Origin: Macrostomum lignano
Taxonomy: Eukaryota
Assembly: GCA_002269645.1 (NCBI GenBank)
Contig: NIVC01000363.1
Span: forward strand, 248,001-312,000
Reading direction: 5' to 3'
Length of the DNA: 64,000 nt
Shown: piece after piece, positions 12,601 through 26,150 of the stretch
Layout: the number at the start of each line of letters is the position of its first letter
Numbering within the stretch: position 1 is the first letter of the stretch
The notes under the pieces: model-generated
What the model was told of the DNA's origin: nothing
The model's input: only the letters and a program-made list of their open reading frames with translations
Database searches by the model: none
Program-made: the position numbers and the translations under genes

Positions 12601-15600
12601 CTAATCTAGGATACCAAATTCTAATCTAATCTAGGATACCAAATTCTAATCTAGGATACCAAATTCTAATCTAGTATACCAAATTCTAAGTCAGGATACC
12701 AAATTCTAAGTCAGGATACCAAATTCTAATCTAGGTTACCAAATTCTAATCTAGGATACCAAATTCTAATCTAGGATACCAAATTCTAATCTAATCTAGG
12801 ATACCAAATTCTAATCTAGGATACCAAATTCTAATCTAGTATACCAAATTCTAAGTCAGGATACCAAATTCTAAGTCAGGATACCAAATTCTAATCTAGG
12901 TTACCAAATTCTAATCTAGGATACCAAATTCTAATCTAGGATACCAAATTCTAATCTAATCTAGGATACCAAATTCTAATCTAGGATACCAAATTCTAAT
13001 CTAGGATACCAAATTCTAATCAGGATACCAAATTCTAAGTCAGGATACCAAATTCTAAGTCAGGATACCAAATTCTAATCTAGGTTACCAAATTCTAATC
13101 TAGGATACCAAATTCTAATCTAGGATACCAAATTCTAATCTAATCTAGGATACCAAATTCTAATCTAGGATACCAAATTCTAATCTAATCTAGGATACCA
13201 AATTCTAATCTAGGATACCAAATTCTAAGCCAGGATACCAAATTCTAATCTAGGATACCAAATTCTAATCTAGTATACCAAATTCTAATCTAGGATACCA
13301 AATTCTAAGTCAGGATACCAAATTCTAATCTAGGATACCAAATTCTAATCTAGGATACCAAATTCTAATCTAGGATACCAAATTCTAATCTAATCTAGGA
13401 TACCAAATTCTAATCTAGGTTACCAAATTCTAATCTAGGATACCAAATTCTAATCTAGGATACCAAATTCTAATCTAGGATACCAAATTCTAATCTAGGA
13501 TACCAAATTCTAATCTAGGATACCAAATTCTAATTAGGATACCAAATTCTAATCTAGGATACCAAATTCTAATCTAGGATACCAAATTCTAATCTAGGAT
13601 ACCAAATTCTAATCTAATCTAGGATACCAAATTCTAATCTAGGATACCAAATTCTAATCTAGGATACCAAATTCTAATCTAGGATACCAAATTCTAATCT
13701 AGGATACCAAATTCTAATCTAGGATACCAAATTCTAATCTAGGATACCAAATTCTAATCTAGGATACCAAATTCTAATCTAGGATACCAAATTCTAATCC
13801 AGGATACCAAATTCTAAGCAGGATACCAAATTCTAATCTAGGATACCAAATTCTAATCTAGGATACCAAATTCTAATCTAGGATACCAAATTCTAATCAG
13901 GATACCAAATTCTAATCTAGGATACCAAATTCTAATCTAGGATACCAAATTCTAAGTCAGGATACCAAATTCTAAGTCAGGATACCAAATTCTAATCTAG
14001 GTTACCAAATTCTAATCTAGGATACCAAATTCTAATCTAGGATACCAAATTCTAATCTAATCTAGGATACCAAATTCTAATCTAGGATACCAAATTCTAA
14101 TCTAGTATACCAAATTCTAAGTCAGGATACCAAATTCTAAGTCAGGATACCAAATTCTAATCTAGGTTACCAAATTCTAATCTAGGATACCAAATTCTAA
14201 TCTAGGATACCAAATTCTAATCTAATCTAGGATACCAAATTCTAATCTAGGATACCAAATTCTAATCTAGTATACCAAATTCTAAGTCAGGATACCAAAT
14301 TCTAAGTCAGGATACCAAATTCTAATCTAGGTTACCAAATTCTAATCTAGGATACCAAATTCTAATCTAGGATACCAAATTCTAATCTAATCTAGGATAC
14401 CAAATTCTAATCTAGGATACCAAATTCTAATCTAGTATACCAAATTCTAAGTCAGGATACCAAATTCTAAGTCAGGATACCAAATTCTAATCTAGGTTAC
14501 CAAATTCTAATCTAGGATACCAAATTCTAATCTAGGATACCAAATTCTAATCTAATCTAGGATACCAAATTCTAATCTAGGATACCAAATTCTAATCTAG
14601 TATACCAAATTCTAAGTCAGGATACCAAATTCTAAGTCAGGATACCAAATTCTAATCTAGGTTACCAAATTCTAATCTAGGATACCAAATTCTAATCTAG
14701 GATACCAAATTCTAATCTAATCTAGGATACCAAATTCTAATCTAGGATACCAAATTCTAATCTAGTATACCAAATTCTAAGTCAGGATACCAAATTCTAA
14801 GTCAGGATACCAAATTCTAATCTAGGTTACCAAATTCTAATCTAGGATACCAAATTCTAATCTAGGATACCAAATTCTAATCTAATCTAGGATACCAAAT
14901 TCTAATCTAGGATACCAAATTCTAATCTAGTATACCAAATTCTAAGTCAGGATACCAAATTCTAAGTCAGGATACCAAATTCTAATCTAGGTACCAAATT
15001 CTAATCTAGGATACCAAATTCTAATCTAGGATACCAAATTCTAATCTAATCTAGGATACCAAATTCTAATCTAGGATACCAAATTCTAATCTAGTATACC
15101 AAATTCTAAGTCAGGATACCAAATTCTAAGTCAGGATACCAAATTCTAAGTCAGGATACCAAATTCTAATCTAGGATACCAAATTCTAATCTAGGATACC
15201 AAATTCTAATCTAGGATACCAAATTCTAATCTAGGATACCAAATTCTAATCTAGGATACCAAATTCTAATCTAGGATACCAAATTCTAATCTAGGATACC
15301 AAATTCTAAGTCAGGATACCAAATTCTAAGTCAGGATACCAAATTCTAATCAGGATACCAAATTCTAATCTAGGATACCAAATTCTAATCTAGGATACCA
15401 AATTCTAATCTAGGATACCAAATTCTAATCTAGGATACCAAATTCTAATCTAGGATACCAAATTCTAATCTAGGATACCAAATTCTAATCTAGGATACCA
15501 AATTCTAATCTAGGATACCAAATTCTAATCTAGGATACCAAATTCTAAGCCAGGATACCAAATTCTAATTTAGGATACCAAATTCTAATCTAGGATATCA

Positions 15601-18600
15601 AATTCTAATCTAGGATACCAAATTCTAATCTAGGATACCAAATTCTAATCTAGGATACCAAATTCTAATCTAGGATACCAAATTCTAATCTAGGATACCA
15701 AATTCTAATCTAGGATACCAAATTCTAATCTAGGATACCAAATTCTAATCTAGGTTACCAAATTCTAATCTAGGATACCAAATTCTAATCTAGGATACCA
15801 AATTCTAATCTAGGATACCAAATTCTAAGCCAGGATACCAAATTCTAATCTAGGATACCAAATTCTAATCTAGGATACCAAATTCTAATCTAGGATACCA
15901 AATTCTAAGTCAGGATACCAAATTCTAATCTAGGATACCAAATTCTAATCTAGGATACCAAATTCTAATCTAGTATACCAAATTCTAAGTCAGGATACCA
16001 AATTCTAAGTCAGGATACCAAATTCTAATCTAGGATACCAAATTCTAATCTAGGATACCAAATTCTAATCTAGGATACCAAATTCTAATCTAGGATACCA
16101 AATTCTAATCTAGGATACCAAATTCTAATCTAGTATACCAAATTCTAAGTCAGGATACCAAATTCTAATCAGGATACCAAATTCTAATCTAGGATACCAA
16201 ATTCTAATCTAGGATACCAAATTCTAATCTAGGATACCAAATTCTAATCTAATCTAGGATACCAAATTCTAATCTAGGATACCAAATTCTAATCTAGTAT
16301 ACCAAATTCTAAGTCAGGATACCAAATTCTAAGTCAGGATACCAAATTCTAATCTAGGATACCAAATTCTAATCTAGGATACCAAATTCTAATCTAGGAT
16401 ACCAAATTCTAATCTAGGATACCAAATTCTAATCTAGGATACCAAATTCTAATCTAGGATACCAAATTCTAAGTCAGGATACCAAATTCTAATCTAGGAT
16501 ACCAAATTCTAATCTAGGATACCAAATTCTAATCTAGGATACCAAATTCTAATCTAATCTAGGATACCAAATTCTAATCTAGGATACCAAATTCTAATCT
16601 AGTATACCAAATTCTAAGTCAGGATACCAAATTCTAAGTCAGGATACCAAATTCTAATCTAGGTTACCAAATTCTAATCTAGGATACCAAATTCTAATCT
16701 AGGATACCAAATTCTAATCTAATCTAGGATACCAAATTCTAATCTAGGATACCAAATTCTAATCTAGTATACCAAATTCTAAGTCAGGATACCAAATTCT
16801 AAGTCAGGATACCAAATTCTAAGTCAGGATACCAAATTCTAATCTAGGATACCAAATTCTAATCTAGGATACCAAATTCTAAGCCAGGATACCAAATTCT
16901 AATCTAGGATACCAAATTCTAAGCCAGAATACCAAATTCTAATCTAGGATACCAAATTCTAATCTAGGATACCAAATTCTAATCAGGATACCAAATTCTA
17001 AGTCAGGATACCAAATTCTAATCTAGGATACCAAATTCTAATCTAGGATACCAAATTCTAATCTAGGATACCAAATTCTAATCTAGGATACCAAATTCTA
17101 ATCTAGGATACCAAATTCTAATCTAGGATACCAAATTCTAATCTAGGATACCAAATTCTAATCTAGGATACCAAATTCTAATCTAGGATACCAAATTCTA
17201 ATCTAGGATACCAAATTCTAATTAGGATACCAAATTCTAATCTAGGATACCAAATTCTAATCTAGGATACCAAATTCTAATCTAGGATACCAAATTCTAA
17301 TCTAGGATACCAAATTCTAATCTAGGATACCAAATTCTAATCTAGGATACCAAATTCTAATCTAGGATACCAAATTCTAATCTAGGATACCAAATTCTAA
17401 TCTAGGATACCAAATTCTAATCTAGGTTACCAAATTCTAATCTAGGATACCAAATTCTAATCTAGGATACCAAATTCTAATCTAGGATACCAAATTCTAA
17501 TCCAGGATACCAAATTCTAATCTAGGATACCAAATTCTAATCTAGGATACCAAATTCTAATCTAGGATACCAAATTCTAAGTCAGGATACCAAATTCTAA
17601 TCTAGGATACCAAATTCTAATCTAGGATACCAAATTCTAATCAGGATACCAAATTCTAAGTCAGGATACCAAATTCTAATCTAGGATACCAAATTCTAAT
17701 CTAGGATACCAAATTCTAATCTAGGATACCAAATTCTAATCTAGGATACCAAATTCTAATCTAGGATACCAAATTCTAATCTAGGATACCAAATTCTAAT
17801 CTAGGATACCAAATTCTAAGTCAGGATACCAAATTCTAATCTAGGATACCAAATTCTAATCTAGGATACCAAATTCTAATCTAGGATACCAAATTCTAAT
17901 CTAGGATACCAAATTCTAATCTAGGATACCAAATTCTAATCTAGGATACCAAATTCTAATCTAGGATACCAAATTCTAAGTCAGGATACCAAATTCTAAT
18001 CTAGGATACCAAATTCTAATCTAGGATACCAAATTCTAATCTAGGATACCAAATTCTAATCTAGGATACCAAATTCTAATCTAGGATACCAAATTCTAAT
18101 CTAGGATACCAAATTCTAATCTAGTATACCAAATTCTAAGTCAGGATACCAAATTCTAAGTCAGGATACCAAATTCTAATCTAGGTTACCAAATTCTAAT
18201 CTAGGATACCAAATTCTAATCTAGGATACCAAATTCTAATCTAATCTAGGATACCAAATTCTAATCTAGGATACCAAATTCTAATCTAGTATACCAAATT
18301 CTAAGTCAGGATACCAAATTCTAAGTCAGGATACCAAATTCTAATCTAGGTTACCAAATTCTAATCTAGGATACCAAATTCTAATCTAGGATACCAAATT
18401 CTAATCTAATCTAGGATACCAAATTCTAATCTAGGATACCAAATTCTAATCTAGTATACCAAATTCTAAGTCAGGATACCAAATTCTAAGTCAGGATACC
18501 AAATTCTAATCTAGGTTACCAAATTCTAATCTAGGATACCAAATTCTAATCTAGGATACCAAATTCTAATCTAATCTAGGATACCAAATTCTAATCTAGG

Positions 18601-21600
18601 ATACCAAATTCTAATCTAGTATACCAAATTCTAAGTCAGGATACCAAATTCTAAGTCAGGATACCAAATTCTAATCTAGGTTACCAAATTCTAATCTAGG
18701 ATACCAAATTCTAATCTAGGATACCAAATTCTAATCTAATCTAGGATACCAAATTCTAATCTAGGATACCAAATTCTAATCTAGTATACCAAATTCTAAT
18801 CAGGATACCAAATTCTAAGTCAGGATACCAAATTCTAAGTCAGGATACCAAATTCTAATCTAGGTACCAAATTCTAATCTAGGATACCAAATTCTAATCT
18901 AGGATACCAAATTCTAATCTAGGATACCAAATTCTAGGATACCAAATTCTAATCTAGGATACCAAATTCTAATCTAATCTAGGATACCAAATTCTAATCT
19001 AGGATACCAAATTCTAATCTAGTATACCAAATTCTAAGTCAGGATACCAAATTCTAAGTCAGGATACCAAATTCTAATCTAGGTTACCAAATTCTAATCT
19101 AGGATACCAAATTCTAATCTAGGATACCAAATTCTAATCTAATCTAGGATACCAAATTCTAATCTAGGATACCAAATTCTAATCTAGTATACCAAATTCT
19201 AAGTCAGGATACCAAATTCTAAGTCAGGATACCAAATTCTAATCTAGGTTACCAAATTCTAATCTAGGATACCAAATTCTAATCTAGGATACCAAATTCT
19301 AATCTAATCTAGGATACCAAATTCTAATCTAGGATACCAAATTCTAATCTAGTATACCAAATTCTAAGTCAGGATACCAAATTCTAAGTCAGGATACCAA
19401 ATTCTAAGTCAGGATACCAAATTCTAATCTAGGTTACCAAATTCTAATCTAGGATACCAAATTCTAATCTAGGATACCAAATTCTAATCTAATCTAGGAT
19501 ACCAAATTCTAATCTAGGATACCAAATTCTAATCTAGTATACCAAATTCTAAGTCAGGATACCAAATTCTAAGTCAGGATACCAAATTCTAATCTAGGTT
19601 ACCAAATTCTAATCTAGGATACCAAATTCTAATCTAGGATACCAAATTCTAATCTAGGATACCAAATTCTAATCTAGGATACCAAATTCTAATCTAATCT
19701 AGGATACCAAATTCTAATCTAGGATACCAAATTCTAATCTAGGATACCAAATTCTAATCTAATCTAGGATACCAAATTCTAATCTAGGATACCAAATTCT
19801 AATCTAGTATACCAAATTCTAAGTCAGGATACCAAATTCTAATCTAGGTTACCAAATTCTAATCTAGGATACCAAATTCTAATCTAGGATACCAAATTCT
19901 AATCTAGGATACCAAATTCTAATCTAGGATACCAAATTCTAATCTAGGATACCAAATTCTAATCTAGGATACCAAATTCTAATCTAGGATACCAAATTCT
20001 AATCTAGGATACCAAATTCTAATCTAGGATACCAAATTCTAATCTAGGATACCAAATTCTAATCTAGGATATCAAATTTTAATCTAGGATATCAAATTCT
20101 AATCCAGGATATCGAATGCTAATCCAGGATATCAAATGCTAAGCCAGGATACCAAATTCTAATCTAGAATACCTGGGTTATAACGCTATCAGCGTCAGTC
20201 AAGAATTCGCTGCGCGCCGAACTGCGCTTAGACGAACGGCGGCGTTCCTCCTTCTTGCGTTGCATAATCGCGTCGAAATCTGACACGGGAAATCCGGGTG
20301 GCTGATCCTCGTCGCCGCTCGATGACGATGACCCGTCATCGTCGCCGTCTCTCTTTTTCTTCGGCTTCGTAACGCCGGTTTCGCCCACGACGTCGCCTTC
20401 AGCCCCGGCCTCCTCGGCATTGAATCCTTCGAACTCTTCGTCCATGTCAGCTTCACCGGCGACATCGTCTTTGTCATCCTCCTGGTCGGAGTCGCCAAAG
20501 ATATCGGTGATGATGCCACCGCTGGCTCCGGCCTCCTGATGCTGCTGCTGTTGAACCGAGTCAGCGTTCTCATCGTCCGGATCGTCCATAACGGTCGGCC
20601 GATGCTTGCGCGGCTGTTTAGCCTCGGGCGGCTCGAAGCCTTCAAAATCAGATTCGGCGTCGTCTTCGCCATCGTCGGCGTGCTCTGCAGCGGCAGCTGC
20701 AACAGTCCGATCGCGATTCGGCTTGTCCTCTTCTGAAGACGATGATAATCGCCGACGTTTGCGCGACTCAGCGCCCGACGTCTGGGCAGCTTCATCGTCT
20801 AAGTTGGGTTCGACAGTTTCACCATCTGTAACAACCACATTGGGTTCCACTGCATCGCCATCTGTAACAACCACATTGGGTTCCACTGCATCGCCATCTG
20901 TAACAACCACATTGGGTTCCACTGCATCGCCATCTGTAACAACCACATTGGGTTCCACTGCATCGCCATCTGTAACAACCACATTGGGTTCCACTGCATC
21001 GCCATCTGTAACAACCACATTGGGTTCCACTGCATCGCCATCTGTAACAACCACATTGGGTTCCACGTCAATTTCAACGACTGATTCAACGACAACAGAA
21101 TCTGCAACTACAGGCTGCTGTTCAAGACCGTTATCTTCGGAATTTTCTGATATTTGCATGCTGTCATTATCGGCCGAGTCATTGGCAATGACTGCTTCTT
21201 CAGCGATAGGCGAAGCTGGCCGTTCTACATCGGGTGAAGCTGGCTCTTCTACATCGGGTGAAGCTGGCTCTTCTACATCAGGTGAAGCTGGTGGTTCTAC
21301 ATCAGGTGAAGCTGGCCGTTCTACATCAGGTGAAGCTGGCAGTTCTACAGCAGGTGAAGTTGGCCGTTCTACATCAGGTGAAGCTGGCTGTTCTACATCA
21401 GGTGAAGCTGGCTCTTCTACATCAGGTGAAGCTGGATGATCTACATCGGGAGAAGCTGGCTCTTCTACATCAGGTGAAGCTGGCTGTTCTACATCAGGTG
21501 AAGCTGGCTCTTCTACATCAGGTGAAGCTGGATGCTCATCTTCATCAGGTGAAGCTGGGTGATTATGAGACATTGGCGACTGTGATGCAGTGTAGCTATC

Positions 21601-21759
21601 CTGACTACTGTCCAAGTTGAGCTGCTCCTGTTGAGCACTATTTGACTGTCTATCTTCTGAAGCATCTAATTGAGGAGACATTGGCCGATTGGCAAGTTGT
21701 TGTTGCTCAATAATTTCAGATTGAGAGTTTGAGTCTGAATGATAGTGATTATCTGCCAT
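6628..21759 (-). CDS. IWS1: IWS1/Spn1 transcription elongation factor, about 785 aa; coding exons 21759-20173, 7758-7272, 6911-6628
   Basis: Exon 2 encodes the TFIIS-N-like core (AAQSDRELMKSGRPATKKMKLLPKV...WLAPCPDGSLPSLQIRETLL...SSGLGKAVMYLYKH...LINTWSRPIF). Exon 3 encodes the conserved C-terminus [24 protein letters not shown]...SVEGRKMAL. Exon 1 is acidic with DIFGDSD and E/D-FEGF motifs. Junctions CAG|GTATTC..CAG|GTT (phase 0) and TCCG|GTGAG..CAG|GC (phase 1) are in frame. The start is taken as MADNHY, just after an AG acceptor at 21777. Confidence 0.93.
7830..20170. repeat. About 12.3-kb satellite of 20-bp monomers (GGATACCAAATTCTAATCTA, roughly 600 copies) with 165-bp higher-order repeats, filling IWS1 intron 7759-20172
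   Basis: Continuous 20-bp period; the variant GGTT monomer recurs at 11909, 12074, 12239 and at 14000, 14165, 14330, 14495, 14660, 14825 (165-bp spacing); degenerate copies at both edges. Confidence 0.97.
20815..21065 (-). repeat. Coding 36-bp tandem repeat in IWS1 exon 1 (VEPNVVVTDGDA x7)
   Basis: Seen in the DNA and in the ORF 20164..21798 translation. Confidence 0.95.
21205..21560 (-). repeat. Coding 24-bp tandem repeat in IWS1 exon 1 (PASPDVEE-type octapeptide x15)
   Basis: Seen in the DNA and in translation. Confidence 0.95.
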
Positions 21760-22976
21760 GTTGGTAGGCGAAACTTTCTGAAATTTGATTAAAAACAATT
21801 TTTATAAGCTGGATTTTTTAATAACAATTCATGGCTTAAATTAATGTACATGAGGCCATTATTTAAGTTATTATATATCTCCAAAGCATACCACACATGT
21901 AAAACTGCTGGCCTACCTGGCTGGCATTGGCATAAATTGTGTCAGACCAAGGGTAAGTAAAAATGCAGTAAAATATAACCACTAGATCTGCTCCACATCC
22001 AATTCAGTTATATATTTTAAATGGTACATCCTATTTATATGCCTGGCTAAACCTATTTTTTAAAACAAACCTATTTTTAAAACACAACATATTATATAAA
22101 ATGACAATGAATATAGGCCAATTTCAATCAGTTGCTAGTCAGATTGTCATATTCTATTTCAATATATGGGATAATATAGTGACTAGGAGCAAAAATTAGC
22201 CTGGTAAAATAATGAGAAAGTGACCAAAATATTATTAGATATTATAAGATATATTAGATATATATTATTAGATATATATAACTAATAATTAAGTTAGCAA
22301 GATACTTAAGGATATAGTACTTAGGGCAATCCAATAATTTTGAACATTAAATAATTTTGTTGAAAATAATAACATAAGTTAAGTTATTTTAAGCTTATTA
22401 AGTAATAGAATAGATAATAAAAATCAAATGTAATATTTTTGTTTAAACAATATTTTTAATTGGTATAAATTTAACCAATCAATTATAGCATGGCTAGACA
22501 ACTTATTGCCCTAACAACAATCATACTTATAGCTAAGCTGTATCCTATTATAGAACTCTACAAACTTGATATCAACTTGCAATCTATATGAAAACAATGA
22601 TAGATTAGACAGCCTATATGAAATGGCTTGCTAGATACTACCTGTTTGCTAACCATAAGTGCAGCCACTATCTAGCTGCTTTTGCTTACTAGTAACAATG
22701 TTAAGAAGGGCTCTATCAGTATCAGAGGTCCAATGTGTAGGGGTTTTGTTGAATAGATTAATGCTACTCAATCAGTTTTTTATAGGCCTATCTTTTGTTT
22801 TAGAAAAGTCCAAAAGAAATTGCTCACTGGTGTATAGAGTAGACACTTTTCAATGTTGCTGAGTATATATAAAATTTAAAACAATAAAAAATCAATTTAG
22901 AAATGGGTCAAGTATTAGGAAAACTTTTTTATGCTTTTAATATTTGAATTTTTAATTTGAATACCCCTATGGAGGC

Positions 22977-24870
22977 TTAATGTAGGGACTCCAGTGAGGT
23001 TACCATAAAGCTGATAATTACACGAAAAATCGTAAAATAATGTTTTTTAAAAATGAAATTGCCATGCATAGAAAATGTTTATAGTAAAAACAAAATATAC
23101 ATGTTAAAGAAGAGTTTCTATTCTTTTTAATGAGATATTAAATTTCAAAAGTTCGTTTTTTTGTTGGAAAGCAATTATTTTAACAAAATATAACTATTTA
23201 TTGATACAAACAACTATATTTACAAACATTTTTTGACATTTTGAGAAGAAATTTTTTTTCTTTTCTCCCTATTTAGACAGTATAAAAAAATTAAAGTTGA
23301 ATAAAAATCGTACCCGTATTTCCGAAGCATAGTAAAACCCGGAAATGAATGCTACTCCGTAATATGATTACATTAAAAAAAACCGCACATGTCTATCTAC
23401 ATCCGCCAAAAAGTTATTGAAGCCTGTTTTTTGCCTATCTCTTCAGTCTAAAATAGACGGATAAAACAGAAAATTTAAATTTTTTTCTAGCAGTAATTTC
23501 CGAAGACTATTCTTCTACTGCATTTAATAGAGGAACTTATAGGAATTCTTCACAGCACTTTTATATCTTTCCACATACATCCGCCGAGGAGCAGCAGCAA
23601 TGTTTGCTTTTTAGTAGCGATACTACTTACATACTACTTATATAAAAAGTGGCTTATTATGGATTTTCTTAACCAAAAAGAAGACGTTTTACCATTGCAA
23701 ATTAGTTTTGAAGGCAAAATAATACAAATAAATGTATGCTTTAGCTTATTGAGCTATAGCAATTGCAATCCCAATAAATGACCCCTTGAATGCACGTAAC
23801 CTTGGTCTGCAATTCAAACTCCCAAAAAAGGAACTGAATTTCATAAGAAATTGTGTTTATTCCATTTGTAAGTTTAATAAGCAACTTCACAATATACAAT
23901 TTTAAGTACAATATATTTTTAAATACTTCTTTACACTTGTTTACAGAAATGTTCATCAGTAACTTTATTTACAATATAGCTACAATTTTACAATAAGGAT
24001 AGGCTCAATCAAAAAATATATAAGACAATAGTATCAACAATTATTTACCTATATGTTTTACAGTTAAAAAGCAAAGCAGACAATATACATTATGTGTATA
24101 AAGACAATAAGCATTAAATATATGCTAACTTCAGTCTTCAGTTGCAGCTACTCAACAAGCAATAATATTGGAAAAAAAAGAACAAGAGCTTTTAAATAAA
24201 CCAAAGTACACAAAAAAAACATTTTCATATGTTTTTCATTAAAAAAACAAATCAAACTTTATATATATTCATTAGTCTAAAAAATATAATCATTCAAAGT
24301 TGAAAAATGTGCAATTTTAAGATATGCTATCAAGTTCCAGTAGCAAAAAAGTCACAAAATTGGTGAATTTTTTAACCTTTGTCAATATATAGGAAAAAAT
24401 GGTATAAAAATATATACTTTTATATGTTGTGGAGTAAACAAATAAAAAAGATTTCAGAAAAAGCAATAACTTTTAAATAATAGTCATTTGAAATTTTAAT
24501 TTTGCTCTATTTTTGATGTGCATTTTTCACTTTTTAAAAATTCAAATGCAAACCCCAAGAAAGATACATTAGAAAGAATAAAAACAATTTGTTAATCTTA
24601 TGTAGAACTGCTTGGTCTTTAAAATGATACCAGACTCAATATTGTATGTTGAATAGCAAAAAAGATATGACAACAAAAAGTGAAAAATTTTGTTTTCGTA
24701 CATCTAATGGCAACAATCTATAATGTATTTTTCCTATCTAAAAAACGTAATTTTTTGGGCACAAAAAATGCTATAACTTTTTTATTACTCAACCAAATTT
24801 AATAAGTGAAGCCATTTTGTGATGCTGTTATTGTCCTCTATCAGATACATAAGAAGGAGTCCCTACTTAA
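22977..24870. mobile_element. Possible degenerate non-autonomous DNA transposon with TTAA-flanked short TIRs (Kolobok-like?)
   Basis: TTAA-T-GTAGGGACTCC at 22977-22992 and GGAGTCCCTAC-TTAA at 24856-24870 form an 11-bp inverted repeat with TTAA outside; AT-rich interior with no recognisable ORF. Confidence 0.3.
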
Positions 24871-25698
24871 TGTACTATTAATAATAACCGAAATAGGACA
24901 TTTTTCTCCAATTCCAAGAAATCTAAGTCCTCTACCCTACCTAAACAAAATTTATTGATAGCCATGAGATTAATAAATTATAATATTTCCTTAGATTAGA
25001 ACTTCCCCATAACAACCCTTATGAATATGACATCAATAGGATTTTTCCAATTTAAGAAATACCCCTATAGGCTAGGCCCTATAACAACTTGTTTTTATGT
25101 TAATCTTATTTCTTATTACCCATTAAGTAAATAAGTAGGCCTTGGCCTAGCCAATTAAGATTTTTTGGTGTATGTATAGCTATAACATGACAAAATGACT
25201 CCCTTGCCTTGGCTTTGCTTCACTGCTTTAGTAGCAGCAGCAGGCTTATACATAAATTAAGATGACTCAAATTGAGGTGAGGTGATAACAAAATGGCAGA
25301 TGACAAAATGACAATGCCTAGGAACATTTTAATCAATGTTAAACTGATAAAAAATGTTTGCTTGGAGTCGAGTCCAGACTGGACTGGATTCTGGAAGAAA
25401 CAAAAAGTTAGGCCTAATAATAATATAATAAGGCCTAGGCCTAATAATAATATTAATTGTTCAAAACAGGCAAGGCTAAGCTGGCTAGGTCATTTATTGA
25501 CATGACATTGTCAATGGCTAGCCAAGATCGGCCTAGGGCCTAGGATTCTATTTCTGCCTAGCCCTAGACTAGGCCTACTAATGTAATAAGTTATAAGTAG
25601 AGACGTAGAGTAGATTTGGCTAGGCCTAAAGGATCATATATCAGATGTATTATGCTTGATTAGGCGCTAGGCCTAGCCTAGCCCCTAGCTATATTTTT

Positions 25699-26150
25699 AC
25701 CGTTTTTAAACCGAAGTCGATTTAGTCCTACTTATTAAATCAATGCCTAAATGTAACTATATCCTAAGACTAAGACTCACTAAGTGCTATTTTAATTAAT
25801 TAATTTTTTCGTTGTTTTTACTTGAAGTTGAAGTGCCCCGATTTAGAAAAAATGACTAGCAAAGTCATATGAGAAGCAGAAATTCTATAAGCCTAAATGA
25901 TATTTTTTGCGTTATTTTAAAGTAGTCTGATTGATTTCTTCGGGAAAAATACAAAAATTTGTTTATATTTGCTTAGCCAGCATATATAAAAGAACGCGAT
26001 TTGTCCCGATTCATTTTCAAACTTTCAGTTCTCACGATCGAGTTTTAAATCTAAATACCGACCGGCGGATTACAATTTTAACTTTGTCCATGCTATCGTG
26101 TCAAAAAAGATAGTCAATAAAATTTTTCCTTTTTAAACATCTCCGAAAAG
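25699..26150. promoter_or_regulatory. Putative head-to-head promoter and non-coding first exons of IWS1 (-) and the AT-hook/ankyrin gene (+)
   Basis: Donor-like ACG|GTAAAA on the minus strand at about 25698 and AAG|GTAGGC on the plus strand at 26151; CpG-richer than the flanks; both genes have an unpaired AG acceptor just before the ATG. Confidence 0.25.

Noticed and set aside
7830-20170. CRISPR-like or telomeric array
   Set aside because: Monomers abut with no unique spacers, no cas genes are present, the context is a eukaryotic intron, and the unit is not TTAGGG-like.
21760-21798. ORF-track start MFLIKFQKV for IWS1
   Set aside because: Non-ATG start lying in an acceptor-like tract; the first ATG (MADNHY) at 21759 is more plausible.
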